37,383 nucleotides of DNA from a virus (IMGVR_UViG_3300030376_006832:1-37383), one strand, 5' to 3'. Positions 16,112 through 25,717 are shown, counted from the stretch's first letter. Numbers and translations: made by a program. Notes: generated by a model not told the origin, from the sequence alone.

Positions 16112-16971
16112 TTTTCATATTCAAGTGCATCTCTGCACATGTCCTCTAATGTTTGGGTTTCTTTAAAAAATCTTGATTCTAAAGGAATAGTTGAAACTGG
16201 AATATCTCCTGCTCTTCTTTCTTTAGGCATAACTAAAAACTCTTTACCAGATACCTTCTTCATAGTATCTATTACTTCTTTAACTGTAACTCCATGTTTG
16301 GATCCTAAGCACTCTACTTTATTAGTAGCATCAGCTTCAGTTATCCTCACTATACCATCTACTATATCTTTGATATGTGTATAATTTCTAACACATGTGC
16401 CATCTCGAGTATCATAATCTGTACCAAATAATGGCATAAATGGATGATCGTTACCCATTGAATTTACAACTCTTGCAGCTTTCCTTATGAGATGGCTTAT
16501 TTCATCGTCAAACTTATAGAAACCATCGTTGCCGCTTACATTATAAAATCTTACTAAACTATATTTGTCATAAAACTGCTGAGTGATAAGTTCTCCACCC
16601 CATTTTGTAGCTGCATAAGCGTTAGATCCTGGATTAAATGCTGATCCAGTTGAACAGTATATAAAATGCCAACAAGGAAAAGCTTCGATAATCTTTTTAG
16701 TACCATTAACGTTTGTGTCATAATAATCCCATGGTTCATCAACAGATGGGCCTACCTTTGTCTTTGCTGCTACGTGCACAACCTTATCTACGTTATGATA
16801 TTTTCCGCTTATTTTTCTAATATCAAAGTTTATATATTCATCACACCACATTGATATATCATTTTGATTATCGTTGTAATCTGTTGCAAGAATCCAATGG
16901 CCTTTTTCTTTTAGTGCTTTACATATATGTGCACCAATATATCCAGTGGCTCCTGTTACTAATATTTTCAT
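16108..16971 (-). CDS. galE: UDP-glucose 4-epimerase-like
   Basis: TGATGYIG, YAATK, RFYNVSG, FGTDYDTRDGTCVRNYTH, RRAGD. Confidence 0.85.
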   Translation of the reverse strand: MKILVTGATGYIGAHICKALKEKGHWILATDYNDNQNDISMWCDEYINFDIRKISGKYHNVDKVVHVAAKTKVGPSVDEPWDYYDTNVNGTKKIIEAFPCWHFIYCSTGSAFNPGSNAYAATKWGGELITQQFYDKYSLVRFYNVSGNDGFYKFDDEISHLIRKAARVVNSMGNDHPFMPLFGTDYDTRDGTCVRNYTHIKDIVDGIVRITEADATNKVECLGSKHGVTVKEVIDTMKKVSGKEFLVMPKERRAGDIPVSTIPLESRFFKETQTLEDMCRDALEYEK

Positions 16972-17060
16972 GATATGAATAAACTAACTATAAAATTAAG
17001 CACAAGAGTACCAACAATCATAGCTGTCATCATAATGAATAGTGTTTGTCCTTCTGTCAT
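16968..17060 (-). CDS. Single-TM micro-protein, 30 aa (not in ORF track)
   Basis: MTEGQTLFIMMTAMIVGTLVLNFIVSLFIS; AAGGAG RBS; ATGA overlap with galE. Confidence 0.65.
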   Translation of the reverse strand: MTEGQTLFIMMTAMIVGTLVLNFIVSLFIS

Positions 17061-17080
17061 TTAAATCTCCTTTTTATTTT

Positions 17081-17110
17081 ATTATACCACATTTATCATC
17101 ATTTGTAAAC
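17081..17110 (-). promoter_or_regulatory. Promoter class B (GTTTACA-N17-TATAAT)
   Basis: T4-early-like GTTTAC -35 with 17-nt spacer. Confidence 0.75.
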
Positions 17111-17803
17111 AAGTAAATTTACTGTCCTCCATGTTTTAAAAGGATTAAAACAGCCAGTGCCAATACTTATATGATCAGCACCTAAGTCTTTATAGTATTC
17201 TGCATGCCAAGCTTCTTTTATCCCACCACCAGCGATAACTTCTATATTTTTATATTGTGATTTTAGATACTTAATAATCTTTCGTGTGTGAGGAAGTAGT
17301 ACGGGTCCACTTAATCCACCTTTATCAGTTGGTAAAGTATTACTTGCATGAATTTGTGTAAATCCCATATCAACTATTTTATCTAATAACGTATACGATG
17401 AAGTTGGCGGTACTTTTACTATACACCATTTTCTTTTTTTAGTTGGCCATAAATCAAAGCCTTTGAAATCAGTAGTATCTTGATGAACATCTAAGTTAGG
17501 ACAACTAATATTAAGCTCTATACTTTGGCTTTCTGGTACTATTGATTCTAAATTTATCCAATCATATTGATCTATTGCTGCAATACTTAAGACTTCGTTA
17601 AAGTTTGTATGTTGTATTCCATATTCTATCCCACGATTTCTTAGGCCAATCTTATTTCTCCAGCCGTTTCTCGTGTATCTTAAAGTTTTTATGATTTGTT
17701 TTAATAATCCAGGCCTTGGTTTGTATGTCCAAGTTCCAGTAACGCTTACAGCATTTTTAAACTTAAGATAGTTTCCAAAAGGTGCTGATATAAAAGTCGT
17801 CAT
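17099..17803 (-). CDS. pyrD: Dihydroorotate dehydrogenase-like FMN enzyme (short)
   Basis: NKIGLRN.G, ELNISCPN, SNT, GGLSG, IAGGGI, LGAD. Confidence 0.75.
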   Translation of the reverse strand: MTTFISAPFGNYLKFKNAVSVTGTWTYKPRPGLLKQIIKTLRYTRNGWRNKIGLRNRGIEYGIQHTNFNEVLSIAAIDQYDWINLESIVPESQSIELNISCPNLDVHQDTTDFKGFDLWPTKKRKWCIVKVPPTSSYTLLDKIVDMGFTQIHASNTLPTDKGGLSGPVLLPHTRKIIKYLKSQYKNIEVIAGGGIKEAWHAEYYKDLGADHISIGTGCFNPFKTWRTVNLLVYK

Positions 17804-18000
17804 TACTTTTTGATTTTTCTAACAATAGGATCCATCCAAGTAACTTTTGTCTGATCATTGGTTATGGTCATACTACCACCTTGAGTATCGTGTGAATTTG
17901 AAGTCCAAGAATTTTTAATATTACGTAGTAGCCACATGTATATTGGTACAATTACTATAGCTGTAATCAAACAAATTATTGAAAACAATTCAAAAGTCAT
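17803..18000 (-). CDS. Small membrane protein
   Basis: N-terminal TM helix. Confidence 0.6.
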   Translation of the reverse strand: MTFELFSIICLITAIVIVPIYMWLLRNIKNSWTSNSHDTQGGSMTITNDQTKVTWMDPIVRKIKK

Positions 18001-18247
18001 TGTCTAATCCGTCCTTTGTGTAAGTTGTACCATTAAAGTGTTTATCCATCTTTTCTTTTTCTGTAAGTTCCTTTTTCATAAACATAATATCGCAATAACC
18101 GCATTGAACATAACCATCATTTGGTACAGTATACCAAACTTTTGGATGTTCTCCGTTACCATTGCATGAAACTCTATCGCTATCTACATAAACAACTGTC
18201 TGTATATTAGGTTCTTTTTTACCTTTTCCCCAGTTCCATATTCCCAT
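17990..18247 (-). CDS. zf-CHCC zinc-finger protein
   Basis: VSCNG..EHPKVW...VQCGYC. Confidence 0.85.
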   Translation of the reverse strand: MGIWNWGKGKKEPNIQTVVYVDSDRVSCNGNGEHPKVWYTVPNDGYVQCGYCDIMFMKKELTEKEKMDKHFNGTTYTKDGLDNDF

Positions 18248-18248
18248 T

Positions 18249-18431
18249 TTATTCCTCGATCTTATCTCTTACAAGTGGTTTACACCATGCCGAATAATTG
18301 AGAATCAAGTTTGTTTGTTGTTTATTAATTTTTTCAGCATACCATTTACATTTATCCATACTAGGATGGACTATCTCACCTTCAGCCTGATCACCATTCA
18401 TTATCGTTAATATGAATACTAATTCTTTCAT
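18249..18431 (-). CDS. Small hypothetical protein (hydrophobic N-terminus, two Cys)
   Basis: MKELVFILTIM...SMDKC...AWCKP. Confidence 0.6.
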   Translation of the reverse strand: MKELVFILTIMNGDQAEGEIVHPSMDKCKWYAEKINKQQTNLILNYSAWCKPLVRDKIEE

Positions 18432-19165
18432 TTTATAATATGAGCCTGTCTTATCAAGTATTTTCTTCCTTGAGCTCCAGCAAAATGCACAAAGGATGCA
18501 CTCTCAAAAGATTCTTTATGTAGTCCTACCATAAAATTCCATTTATAAGGCAACGTATAAGCTAATGGTATATTTTGGGATCTCCAATGATTCATATATG
18601 ATTGATCTGTATGTCTACCTCCAGGAGGTCGAGCTTTAGTTTTAATTGCTTCTGTGATGTATCTATTTAAACTTTTTCCAGCTTCTTTATCTACCATCTG
18701 CACACCACCGTTTATAAACTTTCCAAATGGCAAATTCATTTGACTTGCAGTTCCGCGGTAATCTTTCCCTAAGTCTTCTACACCATGATGTCCCTTTGCT
18801 TCGGGTAATGGATCAGCCCATGGTGTAGCCCATATGTCATTATCTAATACTACAATTCTATCATAGTTATCATCACCCATAGCTAAGTATCTGATCAGAG
18901 TTGAACACTTATTTTTCCCACCCTTTGAGAAGTCATAGTCTTCACCCTTTGAACTATAGTTGAAGTATGTTATGTCTAAATCTTTGGGATATTCTGTTAT
19001 CTTTTTGTAATCATATCCATGTTTTTCACAATATCTTTCTACTGTAGGAACTAAATGAGATTTCATTATCTTAGCTCCTTCTACTGCATCGGCAGTTTGG
19101 TCTCCGCCATAGATATATCCTGGAGTGTTACCTACTTCGACTTGTATTATAAGAGTTTTTTGCAT
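18428..19165 (-). CDS. GT-A glycosyltransferase (GT8/GT34-like)
   Basis: YCEKHGYDY, VLDND, INGGV, DQSYMN, WN, VHFAG. Confidence 0.8.
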   Translation of the reverse strand: MQKTLIIQVEVGNTPGYIYGGDQTADAVEGAKIMKSHLVPTVERYCEKHGYDYKKITEYPKDLDITYFNYSSKGEDYDFSKGGKNKCSTLIRYLAMGDDNYDRIVVLDNDIWATPWADPLPEAKGHHGVEDLGKDYRGTASQMNLPFGKFINGGVQMVDKEAGKSLNRYITEAIKTKARPPGGRHTDQSYMNHWRSQNIPLAYTLPYKWNFMVGLHKESFESASFVHFAGAQGRKYLIRQAHIIK

Positions 19166-19947
19166 GCTTCGTATACCATATCTACTGTTATATATTCGTT
19201 GGCTTCATCGCAATGTGTGCATGAATATGTTGCACCACATGGAGTTCGAGGATGTTCATATCCTATGGTTATATGATTATCATAACTCATAATATTAGAA
19301 TCAGTAATACCACCTTGTATATCAACCGCTGGAATATTATATCCTGCCAATATATGAGTTACAAATCCGTGATAAGTTATGCCAAGTTTGGCTCTACTCA
19401 TTATCGCTATTGATCTTTTTAAATCATCACTGTAAACATTTATGGCGTTCTCTAAATCTGGCTCCACGTATTGGCCACCTGGTTTTATTCTTACAACACG
19501 ATATCCGTCTTCAGTTAATCTATTTGTAAGCTCTTGATATTTTCTAAATCCCCAGTCTTTATTTTTTGAGAAGAAACTAGATTTATAATCAGGATTTATT
19601 AGGATAAAATCTGTTTCTGCCGCTAATGTAAATGTACTTGTATCTATTTCTGTTTTAGTTAGTCTCACTCTATATCGAGAAGGTTTAAAAGATCTCCATA
19701 TCATTCTCTCACCAAGTATGGTTTGTTCTCGACCCTTTGTATAATAATCAACGTGAATATCAGATGGTTGATCAGTATCACGAGCATTCATTGTCAAAGA
19801 GTTTTCATCTTTTACCTTTGTTATAAACTCAACATTATCGTATAGTGTATTCCAACCAGCGTGATATAATGGAACTATCTTTTTGCCTGTTTCTTTATAT
19901 ACTTCTTCAGCTTTTCCTAAAAAGATAATATCATCGCCTAAGCCCAT
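19147..19947 (-). CDS. GT9 (heptosyltransferase)-like glycosyltransferase
   Basis: GLGDDI, KDWG..KY, HILAG...PAV, C-terminal PCG..SC.HC...ITVDMV. Confidence 0.7.
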   Translation of the reverse strand: MGLGDDIIFLGKAEEVYKETGKKIVPLYHAGWNTLYDNVEFITKVKDENSLTMNARDTDQPSDIHVDYYTKGREQTILGERMIWRSFKPSRYRVRLTKTEIDTSTFTLAAETDFILINPDYKSSFFSKNKDWGFRKYQELTNRLTEDGYRVVRIKPGGQYVEPDLENAINVYSDDLKRSIAIMSRAKLGITYHGFVTHILAGYNIPAVDIQGGITDSNIMSYDNHITIGYEHPRTPCGATYSCTHCDEANEYITVDMVYEACKKLL

Positions 19948-20678
19948 AAACTTACATCCTTAAAGTATTGTATTTGTTCAGTGTGAGGGTATTCACAAAA
20001 GTTCATCTTTGCACCACGTCTAAATATCTCTCTTGCCATAAACGCAACGTTCCAACTATCAGGAAATCTTGGATCATCTTTTCTTTCTCTTATGTTTATA
20101 TAAACATGTATCTTATTCATAGGCATCAAGAACTTTGCAATATGCATCATACCAGAGTCAGCGCCAACATGTAAACTTGCCTTTGACATAATATAGATTA
20201 TGTCTTTAAGATTCTTATAATCACCTTCACCACCAACTCTTATTATTTCATAACCTAAGTTCTTATAATAACTTTCTATGTTTGGTATTCTATCATCACT
20301 CCATCTATCAACCTTACGATATAATTGACCAGCATCCCATTGAACTGTAATAAATCTTTTAGGCAAATCTATATCTCTCTTTTCAATATTCTTCTGAAGA
20401 GGAATAGTGTCAAGTTGTTTTGAATATAATATATAAAATGCTTTATCTTTTATATTATCATAATCAAACTTACCGGTTGTCATACCTTTAAAATAATGGT
20501 GAGTTGAATTAAGTTCTACATCTCCAAACTTTACAAGATCATTTAATACTTGGAGATCTGGATGAGACATATGCAGGTTGACAATATTGTCATCAACCTT
20601 TGATATTGTATGGGCTAAAAAGATAGTATCAATAGCATCGCCTAAAGGGCGAGGACTTTGAGTTACTAAATTTATCAT
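19938..20678 (-). CDS. GT9-like glycosyltransferase
   Basis: LGDAI, HVGADSGMMHIA. Confidence 0.75.
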   Translation of the reverse strand: MINLVTQSPRPLGDAIDTIFLAHTISKVDDNIVNLHMSHPDLQVLNDLVKFGDVELNSTHHYFKGMTTGKFDYDNIKDKAFYILYSKQLDTIPLQKNIEKRDIDLPKRFITVQWDAGQLYRKVDRWSDDRIPNIESYYKNLGYEIIRVGGEGDYKNLKDIIYIMSKASLHVGADSGMMHIAKFLMPMNKIHVYINIRERKDDPRFPDSWNVAFMAREIFRRGAKMNFCEYPHTEQIQYFKDVSLWA

Positions 20679-21367
20679 TGTATTCCGTATGAAGTACTTA
20701 GATTGACTGTGTTAAATGTTACAGGACTTGGAATACAAGTTTGCATCATAACATTCTTTGAGTTTATCATAAAATCAGATTGATCTAATCCGTGAGTTTC
20801 TACAGCCTTTAACATCTTCTTTGCACCTTGAGGAGTCATGGCGTAAGCTCCAGTTCCTGGCGCCATAGATGCATCATACCATGCATTATCTTTGTGATAT
20901 TTTAAAGGATAATCTTCAGCCCATCTTGCAAGACCGAATGTTTTCCAGTTATAATTTACAAATTGTAGTAAACCTAATTTATTAGGAGGTTGAAAGACGC
21001 TTTCGCAATTTAATATTAGATAGTCACTAAACTTATGATTATCCCAACTCGTTATACAAATAGCATCATGTTCTATGAACGCCATAGGTTCATTGCTCTC
21101 TATGACTTTCTTCCAAAATTGTACATTGTTTATTGCGCATGCCATTTTAGTTAAATACTTGTGATGATCTTCAACCTTAAAGTCTAATAGTCTGCTTTTT
21201 TCTATTATGCCTAAATTTTTAAATTCTTCTGTATCTTGTACTGTTTCTGCAGTAAGACCCTTGTGCAACTCTACATCCCAGCTCCATCGTTTAAAGGATG
21301 TCAAAGCTTGTTGAGCTTGTTCTTCTGACTCCATATGGCCTTCGATATAAACTATTTGTCCTTTCAT
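20675..21367 (-). CDS. Glycosyltransferase family 25-like
   Basis: ACAINN..FW, FIEHDA, GTGAYAMTPQGAKKML. Confidence 0.75.
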   Translation of the reverse strand: MKGQIVYIEGHMESEEQAQQALTSFKRWSWDVELHKGLTAETVQDTEEFKNLGIIEKSRLLDFKVEDHHKYLTKMACAINNVQFWKKVIESNEPMAFIEHDAICITSWDNHKFSDYLILNCESVFQPPNKLGLLQFVNYNWKTFGLARWAEDYPLKYHKDNAWYDASMAPGTGAYAMTPQGAKKMLKAVETHGLDQSDFMINSKNVMMQTCIPSPVTFNTVNLSTSYGIQ

Positions 21368-21660
21368 TTGAAAAACTCTTCTGAATTAATTGCCTTATCA
21401 TCTATCCACAAATCAAAATGTGGTTTATTACCTACATCAAGTTCGTGATACTTACATCCCCACTCTTTAAGTTGTGTTTCAGTAAGTTCTCTCCAATCCA
21501 TTTTAGTTACAGCACCTCTTGCTGTCATGTATTTTATTGTATGTCCTTCATCATATAACTTATTAATCTTTTCAATCCTATCAAACATTGGTTTAGATTC
21601 AGCATACTTACCATCTTTTGTATTACATATAGTTCCATCGATATCAACAATGTAAATCAT
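21364..21660 (-). CDS. Small HAD-family phosphatase (capsule/heptose-associated)
   Basis: VDIDGTIC, TARG, KP, IDDK. Confidence 0.85.
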   Translation of the reverse strand: MIYIVDIDGTICNTKDGKYAESKPMFDRIEKINKLYDEGHTIKYMTARGAVTKMDWRELTETQLKEWGCKYHELDVGNKPHFDLWIDDKAINSEEFFK

Positions 21661-22004
21661 GATTGACTGTCACCAGGTTGTACACGATAGTTGTCATTCG
21701 GATCATCGTGTGTTGATGCTTCCATTATAGATCCACGTTCTATGCATATCAGTTGATGAGGCATCAATGGTGGATTCCTCCACTTTTGTCCTCTTTCTAA
21801 GATAGTTTCACTTTGTACTGCTGTTTTAGTATCTATCCATCTAACTTTAAACTTACCTTCTAACACATACCATGTTTCATCTTTGACAGCATGAAAATGC
21901 ATAGAAAACTTTTTGCCTTTATCAAAGTTTAAGAACTTACCGCAGTAATCTTTTTCATCAGCGAATATGTATTCCTGACCCCAACCTTTATTAATGGTAC
22001 GTAT
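21657..22004 (-). CDS. Cupin sugar isomerase-like protein, apparent ATA start
   Basis: In-frame extension KGWGQEYIFADEKDYCGKFL...SMHFH..KDETW; no ATG after the in-frame TAA at 22017-22019; AGGAG 6 nt before ATA. Confidence 0.75.
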   Translation of the reverse strand: MRTINKGWGQEYIFADEKDYCGKFLNFDKGKKFSMHFHAVKDETWYVLEGKFKVRWIDTKTAVQSETILERGQKWRNPPLMPHQLICIERGSIMEASTHDDPNDNYRVQPGDSQS

Positions 22005-22803
22005 GATCTTCTCCTGTTATTTCTTCAAGATTAGGTGCATATACACCTGTTTTAGTAACTGTAACTGCTGCAGCTTGTACTGCAAATTCTGTAGCTTTAA
22101 TCATATCTTGATTATTTAAATAATCATAAACGAATGCTGCCAAAAATGTATCTCCACACCCACATGGATCATGTGTTTCAACTTGAGGCGGTTGTACATA
22201 CTCTTCATGAGTTGATCCTGCGAATCTTATTGTAACATCATCTCTTCCGCCTGTTATAATATATGTATCATCTCCTTCAGATGTCCTTTTATTCCATTCA
22301 TCTCGATTGATCTTAACTATACAACCCTTAAATTTAACTAAGTCTGGTTTTTTAGAATCTATGAAGATTGGTCCATGATATTTTTTTCTTAAGCTTTGCA
22401 CAAAGTCATAAGTTACATAACCTTTATTATAGTCAGATATTACGATTGCATCAAAGTCAGACAGATCTGCTAATAATAAACCTGTTAAGTCTATTGCTTT
22501 ATTATCTTCTAGTATTGGGCTATCCATACGCATGAGTTGTCGTTGAGATACGTCATCAACGTACCGTATTTTCTCTTCACATAGTTTTGAATAGATGGTA
22601 ACATCATCAGGTCGTACAAGTAGGTTCATGAAATTATTATAAACATTCATGATCATACCATCAGCAACTTCTGTGCTATGATAATCTAATACTGGGAAAG
22701 GTCCTTCAGGACTTAATCTATTAACATGGCCAAAATGCGTTACGTCTTTACAGCTGTCGCCTATTAATATAATCTTCGATCGTTTTTGTTGTTGATTCAT
22801 CAT
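21991..22803 (-). CDS. HldE/RfaE kinase domain (PfkB family)
   Basis: LIGDSC.D, RLSPEGP.PV, ISDYNKG, KIN, DPCGCGDTF. Confidence 0.88.
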   Translation of the reverse strand: MMNQQQKRSKIILIGDSCKDVTHFGHVNRLSPEGPFPVLDYHSTEVADGMIMNVYNNFMNLLVRPDDVTIYSKLCEEKIRYVDDVSQRQLMRMDSPILEDNKAIDLTGLLLADLSDFDAIVISDYNKGYVTYDFVQSLRKKYHGPIFIDSKKPDLVKFKGCIVKINRDEWNKRTSEGDDTYIITGGRDDVTIRFAGSTHEEYVQPPQVETHDPCGCGDTFLAAFVYDYLNNQDMIKATEFAVQAAAVTVTKTGVYAPNLEEITGEDHTYH

Positions 22804-23173
22804 TTACTCTATCAAAAAATAATAATTTACATGCTTTTCTTCCGACTATTGCAGATTGTTTCTTTTTCCAGTCGGATCCAATAATTCTCAGATCGCAGTC
22901 ACTAATAATTGATATTAATTCATCATTAGAATTAAATAACATTACTTCATCAACCGCCTTTATATTTTCTAATATTTTCCTTCTCGTATCTTGATTGTTT
23001 ATTGGACGATCTTTACCTTTATGAATTCTTACTCGTCTATCAGTATCTATAGCTACAATTAAGTAGTCTCCATACATCTTAGCCATATTGAGTAGATCTA
23101 TATGTCCGCCATGAAGTAAATCAAAAGTGCCGTTTACAACTATTTTTTTTAATCTTTTCACTTTTACCAGCAT
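22748..23173 (-). CDS. HldE/RfaE nucleotidyltransferase domain
   Basis: NGTFDLLHGGH, KGKDRPIN, GSDW, STT. Confidence 0.88.
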   Translation of the reverse strand: MLVKVKRLKKIVVNGTFDLLHGGHIDLLNMAKMYGDYLIVAIDTDRRVRIHKGKDRPINNQDTRRKILENIKAVDEVMLFNSNDELISIISDCDLRIIGSDWKKKQSAIVGRKACKLLFFDRVNDESTTKTIEDYINRRQL

Positions 23174-23694
23174 TTTCTTGCATATACCGCGAATGAGTTA
23201 TATAGATCTACACCAGATACATTTATATTTTTCCAGTCATGATGTGCTAAGTAATCTCTGAGATATTCAGGTTTTAATATATTAACATGTTTCGTGTTAT
23301 TCCATGGTCTCCAATATTCTTGTGAATAATCGGGAAGATATAAAAACAATACACCATTCTTCTTAATTCTTGTAGTCCAATAATCTAAAACTTTAACCCA
23401 ATCTATGAGATGTTCTAGACAATGAGATGAGAATATATAATCGTATTTGTAATCAGGTAAATGATTTGCATCCCATCTGTCTGCAAATTCTATATCAATA
23501 GGAATAGAACCAGGTAATGCCCAATCTTCTTTTCCGCAACCTATATCTAATCCCTTTCCTTTACAAATCTCTTTAGCAAATGGCATGATAAATCTTGATG
23601 CATTGCCATTCGTTTGAAATTCTGGATATTCTTTTCCGTTAAATTTAATAGTTTTAAAAGGTTTCAATCCCGCCAGCATGTTCATCATAATCAT
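23164..23694 (-). CDS. Class I SAM-dependent methyltransferase
   Basis: GLDIGCG, YIFSSHCLEH, GVLFLYLP. Confidence 0.85.
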   Translation of the reverse strand: MIMMNMLAGLKPFKTIKFNGKEYPEFQTNGNASRFIMPFAKEICKGKGLDIGCGKEDWALPGSIPIDIEFADRWDANHLPDYKYDYIFSSHCLEHLIDWVKVLDYWTTRIKKNGVLFLYLPDYSQEYWRPWNNTKHVNILKPEYLRDYLAHHDWKNINVSGVDLYNSFAVYARKCW

Positions 23695-23848
23695 AATCTT
23701 TTTTGGTTTGTAGTTTTTGAAGTTCTGTCTTAACTTCTAGTTTTCTTTTCTTAAGTTCAGTAGTAGGATTCTTTTCGCATTGATCGTGTAAATCTTTGTG
23801 CATAGTTTCTAAAACTGCTATTCTTATATCTATTTCTTTATTATTCAC
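23654..23848 (-). CDS. DUF465/YdcH-like small coiled-coil protein
   Basis: L...HKDLH....LKKRKLEVKTEL. Confidence 0.6.
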   Translation of the reverse strand: MNNKEIDIRIAVLETMHKDLHDQCEKNPTTELKKRKLEVKTELQKLQTKKDYDYDEHAGGIETF

Positions 23849-24626
23849 TAACTTGCTCCATTAGTTCTTCAACATTTTCGCCTTGTTGTGGTAAATGATC
23901 TCTTAAAAAGAAATGTACAAAATGGCATTCTTTAATCTTAGTGTTTACACCATATAATCCATTCCATTTCCAATGAAGATTTTTAACTTTCATTCCAACT
24001 TTTGGAATCCAATAGTTTAACAAAGTCTGATCAGTTGACCATTTCCATGCACCCATTCCATCAACAAAAGGTTGAAACTCATCTCTTCCTATGAATTGTT
24101 TTGGCGTTTGACCATTAAGGTATTTAGCAAAAGATTTATTCATCAACATAACTCCCATATTCATAAATGGAGCAGCTTCGGCTCCCCATACAGTATCTTT
24201 AAATGTAGGAAGAGAAGCATATTGCATGTGAGAATAATTTTTTAATTTGGCATGATAATCCTGAGTAACTGGCATGTCTCTTTCAATAACACCACCGAAG
24301 TCATATGATTCATCTAACTCTTCAAAAAAGTCAGGAGCGCCAGGTCTAATATATACATCTGCGTCTATGATTGCTATTTGATCGTAATCACCGAAGTATG
24401 CAAACGCATTTTCTTTTTCATATATCGGTAAGTAACCACCATATTTTTCATATGATTCTCTACTCCGACCCGTAACAAATACATTAGGTTTTATGAATAG
24501 TTGTGGTGCAGTTTGAACTACATGAGCTATTCCATGTTCTCTACAATAGTTTTTTACTGATTGTGTGCAGTGGTCATATAATTTAGAACGTTTATGTACA
24601 TAAACTTGATATATCAATCTTTTCAT
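23841..24626 (-). CDS. GT-A glycosyltransferase (GT8-like)
   Basis: IIDAD, NMGVM, DQTLLN, WN, VHFF. Confidence 0.8.
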   Translation of the reverse strand: MKRLIYQVYVHKRSKLYDHCTQSVKNYCREHGIAHVVQTAPQLFIKPNVFVTGRSRESYEKYGGYLPIYEKENAFAYFGDYDQIAIIDADVYIRPGAPDFFEELDESYDFGGVIERDMPVTQDYHAKLKNYSHMQYASLPTFKDTVWGAEAAPFMNMGVMLMNKSFAKYLNGQTPKQFIGRDEFQPFVDGMGAWKWSTDQTLLNYWIPKVGMKVKNLHWKWNGLYGVNTKIKECHFVHFFLRDHLPQQGENVEELMEQVSE

Positions 24627-24635
24627 GATGTATTA

Positions 24636-24965
24636 TCACTTTCCTTTCATGCCTGATTTATCAAAGGCGGCAAATCCCATAAATGCACCTACGATGCCAG
24701 CTTGAGCTAAATAAAATAAATTTGATATATCAGTCAAAAGTTTTATTCTTTCATCAGGTACGATAGGTGTAAACATTATTGCAGTAAATAAAAGCATAGA
24801 TGCGAGAGCAACCCACGCCATATTTCTTTGATGCATTTGTTTTCTATTTAATCTCTTCACTTCTTCTGCTTGTTTCCATTCATCTAACTCATCATCTGAT
24901 ACAACACCGTCGCCATTTAGATCTTGATCATTGTACTTCGAATCTTTTTGTAACTTCTTTTGCAT
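24636..24965 (-). CDS. EF-hand-like loop plus two-TM membrane protein
   Basis: DLNGDGVVSDDE followed by two hydrophobic helices. Confidence 0.7.
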   Translation of the reverse strand: MQKKLQKDSKYNDQDLNGDGVVSDDELDEWKQAEEVKRLNRKQMHQRNMAWVALASMLLFTAIMFTPIVPDERIKLLTDISNLFYLAQAGIVGAFMGFAAFDKSGMKGK

Positions 24966-25155
24966 GGTAACTCCAAATTGTTTCTGCTATAGACTTAGCC
25001 TTTTTAAAACCTCTACGCAATGAATTTGATTTATGTCCTTCTTCAATAAACCATTTTATAGTATCTATATCTGACCCATGACTCATAGTAAAATTTTTAG
25101 TTAATTCTTCAAATTGTGATCTTAGTACTAGTACGCTAGCCAACGATTGTTTCAT
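24928..25155 (-). CDS. Hypothetical protein
   Basis: Overlaps both neighbours on the coding strand. Confidence 0.6.
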   Translation of the reverse strand: MKQSLASVLVLRSQFEELTKNFTMSHGSDIDTIKWFIEEGHKSNSLRRGFKKAKSIAETIWSYHAKEVTKRFEVQ

Positions 25156-25717
25156 ACACCATTCTCCAGTTAGACATTTTAGGGATACCCTCAGTATTTT
25201 CTGTTTTAATATGAGGATGTTTGATTAACAATGGTTGAAGACCAACTTCTGCGCCATCGAAAGCGTTCTTAACTTTGTCTTCAATCCAATATGCACCTGG
25301 ATAATACTCTGCATATTTTCCGAGGATAACATCTTTATCTTCACCTGTATCAAGGTAAATGAATTCATCGAACACATCTTTACCAAATATGTTAGTAAGA
25401 TTTTGTGTTCTTAGCTTTTGAGCATAAGGGTTGAGAGATAGAGAAGTTATGACTGTAAACTTCATTCCTAACTCTTCGTATATTTTTCGAACATACTTAA
25501 CTGAATCATAAAGCGGTGGTAACCAACCTATATTTGCTGAACTGTTAAACTCGACGATCTTTTTCCAAATTTCTTCGTCTTGGTATCTTTCGACTTGATC
25601 GTATACGTTAACATCACCACTAGCAAATATGCCATGCTGTCTCATCATCCATGAATCAAAGGAATCTCTCCAGTTTAGGAGAACTCCATCACAATCTGTA
25701 AGTACTACATTATTCAT
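25136..25717 (-). CDS. HAD-family nucleotidase-like (T4 30.2-like)
   Basis: LTDCDGVLLNW, ITSL, WIEDK..NA. Confidence 0.8.
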   Translation of the reverse strand: MNNVVLTDCDGVLLNWRDSFDSWMMRQHGIFASGDVNVYDQVERYQDEEIWKKIVEFNSSANIGWLPPLYDSVKYVRKIYEELGMKFTVITSLSLNPYAQKLRTQNLTNIFGKDVFDEFIYLDTGEDKDVILGKYAEYYPGAYWIEDKVKNAFDGAEVGLQPLLIKHPHIKTENTEGIPKMSNWRMVYETIVG

